Below, one piece after another: positions 12,069 through 21,329 of a DNA stretch of 48,837 nucleotides. The notes below the pieces were generated by a model. That model was not told the DNA's origin, did not search any database, and saw only the letters and a list, made by a program, of their open reading frames with translations. This stretch comes from Burkholderiales bacterium (GTDB taxonomy: Bacteria; Pseudomonadota; Gammaproteobacteria; Burkholderiales; Burkholderiaceae_D), in assembly GCA_043741695.1 (NCBI GenBank), contig JAYTZV010000387.1:1-48837 (forward strand), read 5' to 3'. Position numbers and translations under genes: made by a program. Within the stretch, counting starts at the first letter, position 1, and each line of letters opens with the position of its first letter.

Positions 12069-13213
12069 GCGACGTCCTTCTGCAAACCGAGCCAGATTTT
12101 TTGATAGTAAGACCGCACCGTATTCATGTAGCGCACATCGTCCTGCAAGAATGCGTCGTGACCGTGCGGCGCATCGATTTCCGCATAGCTCACGCGTCGT
12201 CGGTTGTTCACCAGCGCCTGCACGATTTCGCGGCTACGCTCGGGTGAAAAGCGCCAGTCGGTCTTGAACGACACGACCAAAAACTCTGCCTGCGTATGTG
12301 CCAATGCTTGGCTCAATTCGCCATCAAAATGACGTGCCGGGTCGAAATAATCGAGTGCCTTGGTGATCAGCAAATAGGTATTGGCATCGAAGTACTGCGA
12401 AAATTTGTCGCCTTGATAGCGCAGATACGATTCGATTTCGAAATCGACGCCGTAGCCGAACTGGTAGTCGCCCGACCGCAGATCACGACCAAATTTGGCT
12501 GCCATATCGTCGTCCGACAAATAGGTAATGTGACCGATCATGCGCGCAACACGCAGACCGTTTTTTGGCACGACGCCGTGTGCATAAAAGTCACCGCCGT
12601 GATATTGAGGATCAGTCAGTATCGCCTGCCGTGCGACGTCGTTGAAGGCGATATTTTGTGCAGTGAGTTTGGGAGTAGACGCGATTACTACGCAATGGCG
12701 TAAGCGCGTTGGATACAGCGTGCTCCACGCCATCGCTTGCATGCCGCCGAGCGAGCCACCCATGACTGCAGCAAATTGTTCGATACCCAGTGCATCGGCC
12801 AGGCGTGCTTGCGCGTGCACCCAGTCTTCCACGGTCACCACCGGAAAGCTTGCGCCGTACGGCTTGCCGGTAGCCGGGTCGTTATGCATCGGACCGGTCG
12901 ACCCAAAACACGAGCCTGGATTATTGACACCGATGACAAAGAAGCGATTGGTATCGACCGGCTTGCCAGGGCCAACCATGTTGTCCCACCAACCCGCATT
13001 GACCGGCTTGCCATCAGCATCGGCCGACATGCCCGCAACGTGATGCGAAGCGTTCAATGCGTGACAAACCAGCACAGCATTGGACGCCTCGGCATTTAAC
13101 GTGCCGTAGGTCTCGAAGGTCAGCGAATAATCGCTCAGCTTCGCGCCGCTTTGCAGCGGTAGCGGACTGGCAAACCGCATCGATTGCGGGGTAACGATGC
13201 CGAGTGAGGTCAT
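12065..13213 (-). CDS. metX: Homoserine O-succinyl/acetyltransferase MetX
   Basis: [22 protein letters not shown], nucleophile GGSLGG, HGHDAFL; ATG at 13213 ([10 protein letters not shown]). Confidence 0.96.
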   Translation of the reverse strand: MTSLGIVTPQSMRFASPLPLQSGAKLSDYSLTFETYGTLNAEASNAVLVCHALNASHHVAGMSADADGKPVNAGWWDNMVGPGKPVDTNRFFVIGVNNPGSCFGSTGPMHNDPATGKPYGASFPVVTVEDWVHAQARLADALGIEQFAAVMGGSLGGMQAMAWSTLYPTRLRHCVVIASTPKLTAQNIAFNDVARQAILTDPQYHGGDFYAHGVVPKNGLRVARMIGHITYLSDDDMAAKFGRDLRSGDYQFGYGVDFEIESYLRYQGDKFSQYFDANTYLLITKALDYFDPARHFDGELSQALAHTQAEFLVVSFKTDWRFSPERSREIVQALVNNRRRVSYAEIDAPHGHDAFLQDDVRYMNTVRSYYQKIWLGLQKDVA

Positions 13214-13303
13214 GATGATTACAGTGTCGTACCAATAGGTACGGCAGCAAAACTCCTTGGGTGAATTGCACGGCAACGCAGATGCATCAATTGGAAGGCG
13301 CAA

Positions 13304-13332
13304 TAAAAAAAGCCCGCTGGGCAAGTCGGGCT
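13304..13332 (-). terminator. Intrinsic terminator in the metX leader (riboswitch expression platform)
   Basis: Minus strand AGCCCG-ACTTGCCCAG-CGGGCT followed by TTTTTTA. Confidence 0.85.
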
Positions 13333-13357
13333 AAGTATGGGCTTGAAAACAAGCACG

Positions 13358-13406
13358 CTTTAGCCGTATTTATTACGCGCCCGCAAGCTGATCTCAAATC
13401 GGCGCC
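13358..13406 (-). promoter_or_regulatory. SAM-II (SAM-alpha class) riboswitch aptamer
   Basis: Minus strand GGCGCC-GATTT-GAGATCAGCTTGC-GGGCGC-GTAATAAA-TACGGCTAAAG shows the P1 stem, GAUUU loop and 3' GCUAAA tail of SAM-II; upstream of metX. Confidence 0.9.
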
Positions 13407-13510
13407 TCGTTCGTAAAGGATAACCAAGTCGCGCATTCGCGTCAACGGGACGTGAAACCAACGCGAATTCGTCGGGCATTAAACTGCGGGCCACACCTTC
13501 GATAAGCACG

Positions 13511-13560
13511 AACAACCTACACCAAACTAAAGCAACCAAAGACAACCTAAAGCAACCCGA
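13511..13560. repeat. Degenerate 10-bp-period direct repeats (nnCAAmYwAA) in the divergent promoter region
   Basis: aacaacctac/accaaactaa/agcaaccaaa/gacaacctaa/agcaacccga; CTAAAGCAACC occurs exactly at 13527 and 13547. Confidence 0.65.
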
Positions 13561-13708
13561 TACGCCACGATGCAACAGATCAAATCGGTCACACCACAAG
13601 TTGCACCGTCTCACGATAAATTTTACCAAGCTATCGTTCAGCGCTATCCTACCGCGACGGTGCGCCTGAGCGGGCGCACGCATCACTAACGAGAAAGTAA
13701 TTGTTCCG

Positions 13709-14383
13709 ATGAAGCTATTGGTGGTTGAAGACGAGCCGCGCGCGGCCGAGTATCTTCGTCAAGGTTTGTCCGAACACGGCTATGTCGTCGAGACTGCGCA
13801 TTCCGGCGCCGACGGCCTGCACAGCGCGCTGGAAGGCGATCACGATTTGATTATTCTGGACGTCATGCTGCCGGGGTTTGACGGCTTTGCCGTTTTATCG
13901 GCGTTGCGCACAGCGAAGCGCACACCGGTATTAATGTTGACCGCGCGCAGCAATACCGATGACAAAGTCAAAGGATTTGATTTGGGCGCGGATGATTACC
14001 TCGTCAAACCGTTTCAGTTTCCCGAATTACTTGCACGCATCCGGGCTTTATTAAAGCGCGGCAGCCAGGCTTCACCGGAGACTGTGCTGCAGGTCAACGA
14101 TTTGCAGGTTGATCCGATCAAGCATCGTGCCGTTCGTGCGGGTATTGCGATCGACTTGTCTGCCAAAGAATTTGCCTTGCTGGTGTTATTGATGCGGCGT
14201 ACCGGCCAGGTCTTGTCGCGTACCGAAATTGCTTCTCTCGTGTGGGATATCAATTTTGATTCCGACACCAACGTCGTCGATGTGGCCATTCGTCGTTTGC
14301 GTGCCAAGGTGGATCAAGCGTTCGACATCAAGCTTATTCACACGGTGCGTGGCGTCGGTTACGTATTCAAACAGCCCGATTAG
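13709..14383 (+). CDS. Heavy-metal response regulator (CusR/CopR-like, OmpR family)
   Basis: [23 protein letters not shown], and heavy-metal-subfamily [25 protein letters not shown]. Confidence 0.93.
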   Translation: MKLLVVEDEPRAAEYLRQGLSEHGYVVETAHSGADGLHSALEGDHDLIILDVMLPGFDGFAVLSALRTAKRTPVLMLTARSNTDDKVKGFDLGADDYLVKPFQFPELLARIRALLKRGSQASPETVLQVNDLQVDPIKHRAVRAGIAIDLSAKEFALLVLLMRRTGQVLSRTEIASLVWDINFDSDTNVVDVAIRRLRAKVDQAFDIKLIHTVRGVGYVFKQPD

Positions 14384-14390
14384 GCGAGCC

Positions 14391-15824
14391 ATGCGCAGTC
14401 TTTCACTGAAAATGGCTGTGCTCGTGGGCGTGCTGGGGTTGCTGCAGGCAGTTGCAGCAGTCGGCTTCTCCTACATCACCTTGTCGCGCTCGCTGGCTGA
14501 TCAAAAGCGCCACCTGCTGCAAAACAAGCTTGATGAAGCGCGCGTCATGATGGATCAGCAGCCCACTGCCGCTGCGCTCGGTGGCGTGGCATTCCGTTTG
14601 GCCGACATGCTTGCCGGGCATGACGATATTTATATTGCAATTGCACGCGCAACCTCACAAAGTGGCGTGCACGGTACAACGCGTGCCTTGGTCGCGTTTA
14701 GCTCGATTGCAGTGGAGTCACTTCGTCAGCTGGAAACCGGCACATGGGGGTCCGATGCATTTCTTGAATGGCGCACTAGCGACAACAAAAGGCCGATGTT
14801 GTCGATCACCGCCGCCAGCGAAGTCAAAAACGGAGAGATTTATATCCTGGTCTTGTCGGCTGACCAGACCGAGGATGAAAACCTGCTGTATAAATTTTTG
14901 CTGACAGTGCTGACAGCCGCGCCGCTCGCCCTCGCGCTCGTGTCACTGGGGGCGCTGCTGATCGTAAAAATCAGCTTGAAACCCGTGAATCGTTTTCGCG
15001 ACGCAGCCATCGCCGTTTCAACGAAAAACATGTCCGGACGCATTGACCCCGCCACCCTTCCGGCGGAACTTCTGCCTCTGTGCGATGCGTTCAACAACAT
15101 GCTTGACCGGCTCGATGACGGCATTCGGCGACTCTCGCAATTTTCTGGAGATATCGCCCATGAAATGCGCACGCCTTTGGCAACCCTGTTGGGGCGAACG
15201 CAAGTAACGCTATCGCAGTCACGTACGCATGCACAGCTGTTGGATGTACTTGAAAATAACATGGAGGAAGTCGAACAACTGTCCCGACTGGTAACCGACA
15301 TGTTGTTTCTGGCACAAGCCGAAAGCGCGCGAGCAGGACTTGAACGCCACCCGGTCCAACTCGGCAAGGTGGCAGAGACAGTGATCGCGTATATGCAGGT
15401 GTTGGCCGAGGAACGGCGCATCAAGTTTGCGGCTCGCGGCACGGCGCAAATTATTGGCGATGTTGGCCTCATCAAACGTGCTGTTACCAATCTAATTTCA
15501 AACGCCGTGCGGTACGGCAGCGCTGACAGCACGATCGATATCGATATCTCTGCTGTTGGCGAATTCGTCAAGCTATCGGTCAGTAATGTTGGGCCTGCCA
15601 TCGCTGCAGAGCATCACGCGCGCCTGTTCGATCGCTTTTATCGCATTGATAGCGCACGCTCACGTGAAGAGGGGGGATCGGGGCTTGGACTGGCAATCGT
15701 CAAAGCGATCATGAAGTTGCATGGAGGGTCCGTCGAGGTCATCAGCCAGAAAAATCAAATGACGCGTTTCAGCTTGACGTTCCCAGTAGCAACGAATGCG
15801 GATCCGAATGCATTCTTGCGATGA
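14391..15824 (+). CDS. Heavy-metal sensor histidine kinase (CusS-like)
   Basis: Two TMs, HAMP, H-box FSGDIAHEMRTPL, NLISNAVRY, FDRFYRID, GSGLGLAIVK; ATG 14391 is 7 nt after the regulator stop. Confidence 0.92.
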   Translation: MRSLSLKMAVLVGVLGLLQAVAAVGFSYITLSRSLADQKRHLLQNKLDEARVMMDQQPTAAALGGVAFRLADMLAGHDDIYIAIARATSQSGVHGTTRALVAFSSIAVESLRQLETGTWGSDAFLEWRTSDNKRPMLSITAASEVKNGEIYILVLSADQTEDENLLYKFLLTVLTAAPLALALVSLGALLIVKISLKPVNRFRDAAIAVSTKNMSGRIDPATLPAELLPLCDAFNNMLDRLDDGIRRLSQFSGDIAHEMRTPLATLLGRTQVTLSQSRTHAQLLDVLENNMEEVEQLSRLVTDMLFLAQAESARAGLERHPVQLGKVAETVIAYMQVLAEERRIKFAARGTAQIIGDVGLIKRAVTNLISNAVRYGSADSTIDIDISAVGEFVKLSVSNVGPAIAAEHHARLFDRFYRIDSARSREEGGSGLGLAIVKAIMKLHGGSVEVISQKNQMTRFSLTFPVATNADPNAFLR

Positions 15825-15925
15825 AAACATCCCGAAGTAAATCGCGCCAAAGCGTGTACGCAGTCATGCCAGCCGGGGCGCCTTGCCCCGACTGGTCACG
15901 CCATTGTTGATTGGGTGTAACGGAC

Positions 15926-16441
15926 TTAGTTGACGCTTCCAATGACATACTCGTTGCCCTGCTTGCTAAATTCCACATGCACCTTGCTGCCGACCGGCAT
16001 CTTCGCCAGCATTGCCTTGTCTTTTACGGCAAATTGCATCGTCATCGCCGGCCATGAGAGTGTCTTGACTGCGCCATGTTGTAACGTCACTTTGCCTGAC
16101 GGTGTAATTGATTTGACGACACCGTCGGCGGCGTGCATCACCTGATGATCAGATGCTGCATCGGCGTTTGATGCGTGCATCATTTCGTTGCATTTTTGCG
16201 CATCCATTTTGCTCATGTCCATGCCTTTCATCGGCATCTCTTTCATTGGCATATCTTTCATGGACATACCCTTCATGTCCATGCAGTTCGTCATGGGCAT
16301 TTTTTTCATCTCCATGCCTTTTTTCATTTCCATCCCAGACACGGATTTGTCGGCTTCAATTTTCGCTGAACCGGACTGCGCGAAAACCGCGGTGGAAAAA
16401 GAAAGGACTGCAACTAAAGAAAACGCTGACGACAATTTCAT
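15926..16441 (-). CDS. CusF-like periplasmic copper-binding protein with Met-rich N-terminal extension
   Basis: Signal peptide from ATG 16441; MxMK repeats; C-terminal CusF motif TLQHGAVKTLSWPAMTMQF (H/W/M/M). Confidence 0.9.
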   Translation of the reverse strand: MKLSSAFSLVAVLSFSTAVFAQSGSAKIEADKSVSGMEMKKGMEMKKMPMTNCMDMKGMSMKDMPMKEMPMKGMDMSKMDAQKCNEMMHASNADAASDHQVMHAADGVVKSITPSGKVTLQHGAVKTLSWPAMTMQFAVKDKAMLAKMPVGSKVHVEFSKQGNEYVIGSVN

Positions 16442-16547
16442 TGAGATATCTTTCGTAAAAATCGATGTGATGTAGCCGTTGCGCTGCGGCTTGTGCGCGA
16501 TCGCTTTATCTTGGACCACAGTATTTTCTTGCTTAAAGGCTTAGTGT

Positions 16548-17003
16548 TTACAGCTGCTTTGTCAACGCGGTGATGACCAAGGTGCCATGGATCGATTCGG
16601 CGGCAAAACGCACTTTGTCACCGACCTTCAGGCCGTCGCAAAGCGACGCCTTGTCGACCTTGAACAGCATTGTCATTGCGGGCATGTGCAAGTTAATCAG
16701 AGGACCATGTTTGATCGTCAGCTTACCCATCTCGGGATCGATGCTTTTGATCTCGCCGTTTGTCCACGCAATCGCTTTCACCTCAACCTTAGTTTCAAGA
16801 TCACTAGGCGTTCTTGACAAATCGACGGCGAACGTCAGCAATGGCGAAGACATCGCGACAGTAAGCAAGATGCCTGAAACAAGTCTGAATGGTTTCAACG
16901 TGCGCGACTCGTTCACATCACGCACTGCAACCCGTGTAACCTCTTGCCCACCACCAGAACCGTGGCGCATCACACAAGATTTGATTGATTGCATCGTCTT
17001 CAC
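16548..17003 (-). CDS. Second CusF-like copper-binding protein
   Basis: LTIKHGPLINLHMPAMTMLF..LKVGDKVRF. Start uncertain: GTG 17003 has a GGAGA RBS, while TTG 16898 would give a standard signal peptide. Confidence 0.85.
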   Translation of the reverse strand: MKTMQSIKSCVMRHGSGGGQEVTRVAVRDVNESRTLKPFRLVSGILLTVAMSSPLLTFAVDLSRTPSDLETKVEVKAIAWTNGEIKSIDPEMGKLTIKHGPLINLHMPAMTMLFKVDKASLCDGLKVGDKVRFAAESIHGTLVITALTKQL

Positions 17004-17087
17004 GTTATCTCCCGGTCTGGCGTCAGCTGATGCGCTTTTCGCTGTTGGGAGACAACACCAAAGTTGTCTCCCGCATCACACGCAGTA

Positions 17088-17393
17088 TCAACCGCCCAGA
17101 TATTCGTTGCTCGAATGATCGTTGCGGTGCATTTCTGCATACTTGATGGCTTGAGCCCTTACTTCATTACGTGTGAGGTTGCTAGTGACCGCGCTCTGCT
17201 GCATCGGATACACGTCTCCCATCATCAGCTGGCCATGTTCTCTTGCAGTCGCCAGTTCTTGCTTGACTTGCGCACGCGACAGCGTCGGCGTGAACTTTAT
17301 TACTGGCCAAGAGCCATCGTTAATTGAATCGGCAAAGCTTGCACCTGCGCTGAGGAGAAGAGCGGCAGCAGTAATAATAAGTTTGGTTTTCAT
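17088..17393 (-). CDS. DUF4148-like small periplasmic protein
   Basis: Signal peptide ending ASFA; TLSRAQVKQELATAREHG and a second LTRNEVRAQA repeat typical of DUF4148. Confidence 0.8.
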   Translation of the reverse strand: MKTKLIITAAALLLSAGASFADSINDGSWPVIKFTPTLSRAQVKQELATAREHGQLMMGDVYPMQQSAVTSNLTRNEVRAQAIKYAEMHRNDHSSNEYLGG

Positions 17394-17516
17394 GATAAGT
17401 TCCCGTTCAAGTTAGTAAGCGTGGCGGATGCCGTTTAAAGTAACTTTTGAAATATTGTTTCTTCAAAAGATGACTCTACTTTAATGTGACCCCTCCCGCA
17501 GGAACGTGACGCGATG

Positions 17517-17532
17517 ATTACAAAATTGTCAT
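17517..17532 (-). promoter_or_regulatory. CusR/CopR-type copper box upstream of the DUF4148-cusF-cusF unit
   Basis: Minus strand ATGACAATTTTGTAAT, one mismatch to the palindromic ATGACAATTTTGTCAT CusR box; candidate -10 TAAAGT at 17483-17478. Confidence 0.8.
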
Positions 17533-17772
17533 TTAGCTTTTTAATTTTTTAGTGCGTTTTTATGGACGGCAAGGCTGGCAATGAAATGGGCAGCCCCAGA
17601 TCAGTACACTTTTTGTGTATGCGTAGACATTAGGGCAATCACATCTCCAGCTGGTGATAGACCTTCGTTAGCGCCGGCTTAGCTCAAGGCAATGTAATTT
17701 CATCGCATTTTGCCCAATCGCCGTCAGTCGGTCCGAGGGCAAAAGTTCACCCCGTGCCTGAATAAAGAACCG

Positions 17773-19524
17773 CTATATCGCGGCCAACTGCTCCACCCCG
17801 TCGGCAATGGCCTGGGGTTCGATCGCGCGCAGGATTTTTTTCGTCTTCGGGGTCAACAAACGCAGATCGCTGTTCAGTACTTCCTGCTTGACCGGCAATA
17901 GCTGCGACGGATGCATCGAAAATTCACGCAGCCCCATGCCGAGCAACAGCCGTGTCAGCCGCGTATCACCTGCCATCTCGCCGCACACGGCGACCGGTAT
18001 GCCGAACTTGGCGCCCATCGCGATCGTGCTCGACAACAGATACAGAATTGCCGGGTGCAGCGGGTTGTATAAATGCGCAACTTCATGATCGACCCGATCG
18101 ATTGCCAGTGTGTACTGGATCAGATCGTTGGTGCCGATCGACAAAAAATCGAGCCGTTTGATAAACAGCGGCAGCGTCAGTGCCGCTGCAGGAATTTCGA
18201 TCATCGCGCCGACCTTGATCGCTTCGTCGAATTTTTTATTTGCCTCGCGCAATTGAGCCTTGGCCTGCGCGATCATCTGCAGCGTCTGGTCGATTTCAAA
18301 TGCGTGCGCCAGCATAGGCACCAGCAAGTGGATTGGACCGAATGCCGAGGCGCGCAGGATCGCGCGCAACTGCACCAGAAACATCTGCGGCTCAGCCAGA
18401 CAGTAACGGATTGCGCGCAAGCCCAGCGCAGGGTTCAGCGCGGTTTGTTCGGCAATATCAAGCGGTTTGTCGGCACCAATATCGAGCGTTCGGATCGTGA
18501 CCGGACGACCTTTCATTGCCAGCACGGCTTTGCGATAGGCTTCGAATTGTTCGTCTTCCGTTGGCAGTTTGTTGTGGTATCCGGTGCGTCCCATGAATAA
18601 AAATTCGGAGCGGAATAAACCGACACCATTGGCCCCGGCATCCATTGCGCTGGCGCAGTCTTCGGGTAATTCGATGTTGGCCATCAAATGGATTTCGGTA
18701 CCGTCAATGGTAATGGCCGGTGTCTTCTTGAGCTTGCCGAGTTTTTTGCGATCGCGCACCAGACGCGCCTGGCGCTCGCGATATTGTTCGAGCACTTGCG
18801 GCGACGGGTCGACGATGACAACCCCGGCGTCCCCATCGATGATGACCCAGTCGTCTTGCGCAATCAATGCCGACGCGTTGAACATGCCGACTGCTGCCGG
18901 AATATCGAGGCTGCGCGCGACGATCGCCGTATGCGAATTTTGACCACCAACATCAGTGACGAATCCGGCAAACGAACGGTCGCGGAACTGCAGCATGTCG
19001 GCTGGCGAAATATCGTGCGCCACCACGATCATGTGCGCGACTTTTTCTTCACTGCCGGGTAGTTTGGGTAATGTCGTGGCGGTGCCAGTCAATGCTTTCA
19101 ATACGCGCTCGCCGACCTGCTGAATGTCTGCCTTGCGTTCGCGCAAATAAGGGTCTTCAACTTCATCAAACTGCGCAGACAGTTCATCGATTTGCGTAAC
19201 CAGCGCCCACTCAGCGTTGTAATACCGCTTACGAATAATGTCGAGTGGCACCTCGGCCAGCATCGGGTCGGACAAGATCAGTACATGCACGTCGATGAAC
19301 GCACCGATCTCGGCAGGCGAATCCTTTGGCAGGTCGCTCCAGATATTTTGCAACTCTTTGTGCACGGTCTGGATCGCGTTTTGAAGGCGGGCGACCTCGG
19401 CTTCCATCTGCTCTTCGTCGATCAGATAATGCTTGACCTCGAGCGCAGCGGGCGTCAACAGGTGCGCCCGGCCGATGGCGATGCCGCGCGATACTGAAAT
19501 GCCGTGAAGAGTAAAAGATGCCAT
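17773..19524 (-). CDS. ptsI: PTS enzyme I (PEP-protein phosphotransferase)
   Basis: NSHTAIVARSL (phospho-His), GVGLFRSEFLF, NPALGLRAIR, SIGTNDLIQY, CGEMAG. Confidence 0.97.
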   Translation of the reverse strand: MASFTLHGISVSRGIAIGRAHLLTPAALEVKHYLIDEEQMEAEVARLQNAIQTVHKELQNIWSDLPKDSPAEIGAFIDVHVLILSDPMLAEVPLDIIRKRYYNAEWALVTQIDELSAQFDEVEDPYLRERKADIQQVGERVLKALTGTATTLPKLPGSEEKVAHMIVVAHDISPADMLQFRDRSFAGFVTDVGGQNSHTAIVARSLDIPAAVGMFNASALIAQDDWVIIDGDAGVVIVDPSPQVLEQYRERQARLVRDRKKLGKLKKTPAITIDGTEIHLMANIELPEDCASAMDAGANGVGLFRSEFLFMGRTGYHNKLPTEDEQFEAYRKAVLAMKGRPVTIRTLDIGADKPLDIAEQTALNPALGLRAIRYCLAEPQMFLVQLRAILRASAFGPIHLLVPMLAHAFEIDQTLQMIAQAKAQLREANKKFDEAIKVGAMIEIPAAALTLPLFIKRLDFLSIGTNDLIQYTLAIDRVDHEVAHLYNPLHPAILYLLSSTIAMGAKFGIPVAVCGEMAGDTRLTRLLLGMGLREFSMHPSQLLPVKQEVLNSDLRLLTPKTKKILRAIEPQAIADGVEQLAAI

Positions 19525-19618
19525 CGTCAGTAGTTCATTACGTCGTCATTGGGGTCATCGTCATATTGTCAAAAGTGCGTATCGGAACCGGAGGTCCCTG
19601 GTAATCAAACTGACTTTA

Positions 19619-19888
19619 TTATTCGCCTTCACCGAACCGATCAGCAATGAGTGCTTGCAGCGCGGTAAAGCATTCCTGTTCATCCATCCCTTCGACTTCC
19701 AGCAATACCTTTGCACCGATACCGGCAGCGAGCATCATCACGCCCATAATCGATTTTGCATTCACGCGCCGCTTGTTGCGCGTCATCCAGACTTCACTTT
19801 TATATTTGGCTGCCAGTTGCGTCAGCTTGGCCGACGCACGTGCGTGGAGGCCCAGTTTATTGATGATTTCAAGTTCTTGCTGGATCAT
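19619..19888 (-). CDS. ptsH: Phosphocarrier protein HPr
   Basis: LGLHARAS (His15) and NAKSIMG (Ser46). Confidence 0.96.
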   Translation of the reverse strand: MIQQELEIINKLGLHARASAKLTQLAAKYKSEVWMTRNKRRVNAKSIMGVMMLAAGIGAKVLLEVEGMDEQECFTALQALIADRFGEGE

Positions 19889-19931
19889 GTTTTTCGCAGA
19901 TTGGGAGCGTCACAAAAATATTGGTCAAGCG

Positions 19932-20339
19932 TCAGTTGGGCGAAAGCCGCACGCGGTTATCGACGCGCACTACACCACTCTGACCACCGGCCAATGCCAT
20001 TTCCACCACTACATCGAGCGTATCGTTACGGTAGGTAATTGCCCGCAACAACATGGGCAAACTGATGCCCGCAATCACCTCGACACGACCGGCCTCATGC
20101 AACTGCAACGTACAATTCGATGGCGTTCCACCCATCACGTCGGTGATGACCAGCACACCTGCACCACCATCCAGACGTTCAATGACCGCCCGCGCCATTT
20201 TCTTGACTTCACTGGTATCTTGATCAGCACACACATCAACCGCTTCAAGCCGTTCCGGGCGTGCGCGAAAAACATGGGATGCAGCTTCGATAAACGCGTT
20301 GCCCAGCGGTGCGTGAGTCAGCAGAAGGATTCCAACCAT
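19932..20339 (-). CDS. PTS mannose/fructose-family EIIA (regulatory, no permease nearby)
   Basis: ILLLTHAPLG, ITDVMGGTPSN, AGISLPMLL. Confidence 0.92.
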   Translation of the reverse strand: MVGILLLTHAPLGNAFIEAASHVFRARPERLEAVDVCADQDTSEVKKMARAVIERLDGGAGVLVITDVMGGTPSNCTLQLHEAGRVEVIAGISLPMLLRAITYRNDTLDVVVEMALAGGQSGVVRVDNRVRLSPN

Positions 20340-20390
20340 AGCGATGTCTTGAATGCCCTGAAGGTGAGTCGCTGCAGAGCGGTTTGTCGA

Positions 20391-21329
20391 TCACACGGCT
20401 TTTTCAAGCGCATCGACGAACATGCCCGCAACGTTGAATCCAGTCTGCTGCCGGATTTCCTGAAAACAGGTCGGACTGGTGACGTTGATTTCCGTCATGT
20501 ACCCGCCGATCACGTCCAATCCTACCAGTAACAGTCCACGCGCCGACAGAATTGGTGCAATTGCCTGCGCAATTTCTTCATCACGTGTCGACAAAGGTTG
20601 CGCCACGCCGACGCCGCCGGCGGCGAGATTGCCACGCACCTCGGTGCCCTGCGGAATGCGCGCGAGGCTGAATGGCACCACGTTACCGCCAATGAGCAGA
20701 ATGCGTTTGTCACCCTGCACAATATCGGGAATGTAGCGTTGCGCCATGATGGTTTGGAGACCGTTAGCGGTCAGCGTTTCGATCACCACACCGAGATTCA
20801 TCGCATCGTCCTTGATGCGAAAAACACCTGTGCCACCCATGCCATCGAGCGGCTTCAAAATGATGTCGCGATGTTCGGCATGAAACGCGCGTAATCGCTG
20901 CGCGTCGCAGGTCACAAGCGTAGGGGCAGTGAATTGCGGGAACTGGGCAATGGCGAGTTTTTCGTTGTGATCGCGAATCGCTGCCGGCTTGTTGACGATG
21001 CGTGCGCCCTGCTGCTCGGCCAGTTGTAGCAGATAGGTTGCGTAGACATATTCCATGTCGAACGGCGGATCTTTGCGCATCACCACTACATCAAATTCCT
21101 GCAGTGCGCGCTCGGCACGCGGCCCAGCCCGATACCAGTTATCGGCATCGCCAGTGAGCGTCAACTGCGCGACGTGTGCGGTCACGCGACCACCAAACAT
21201 GGCCATGTCGCGCGGCTCAAAAAAATGGATGGTGTGGCCGCGCGAAACGGCTTCGGCCATCATCGCGAAAGTCGAATCTTTATACGTCTTGAAGCCGCCC
21301 AGCGGATCGGCGATGAAGACAATGTCCAT
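20391..21329 (-). CDS. gshB: Glutathione synthetase
   Basis: KDSTFAMM, MRKDPPFD, KPLDGMGG, RGNLAAGG, TEINVTSPTC; ATG overlaps the gshA stop (TGATG). Confidence 0.97.
   Translation of the reverse strand: MDIVFIADPLGGFKTYKDSTFAMMAEAVSRGHTIHFFEPRDMAMFGGRVTAHVAQLTLTGDADNWYRAGPRAERALQEFDVVVMRKDPPFDMEYVYATYLLQLAEQQGARIVNKPAAIRDHNEKLAIAQFPQFTAPTLVTCDAQRLRAFHAEHRDIILKPLDGMGGTGVFRIKDDAMNLGVVIETLTANGLQTIMAQRYIPDIVQGDKRILLIGGNVVPFSLARIPQGTEVRGNLAAGGVGVAQPLSTRDEEIAQAIAPILSARGLLLVGLDVIGGYMTEINVTSPTCFQEIRQQTGFNVAGMFVDALEKAV

Noticed and set aside
17673-17686. GCCGGCTTAGCTCA resembles the 5' end of a tRNA and lies at the right edge of the copper module
   Set aside because: There is no D-loop GG, anticodon arm or TTC arm after it, no integrase, and no matching copy at the other edge. 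att scars usually duplicate tRNA 3' ends. Probably chance.
19647-20531. Long antisense or alternate-frame ORFs (e.g. 19647-20531+, 14840-15601-, 23743-24462+, 37522-38184-)
   Set aside because: They overlap well-supported genes on the opposite strand and have no motifs; such shadow ORFs are expected in GC-rich DNA.
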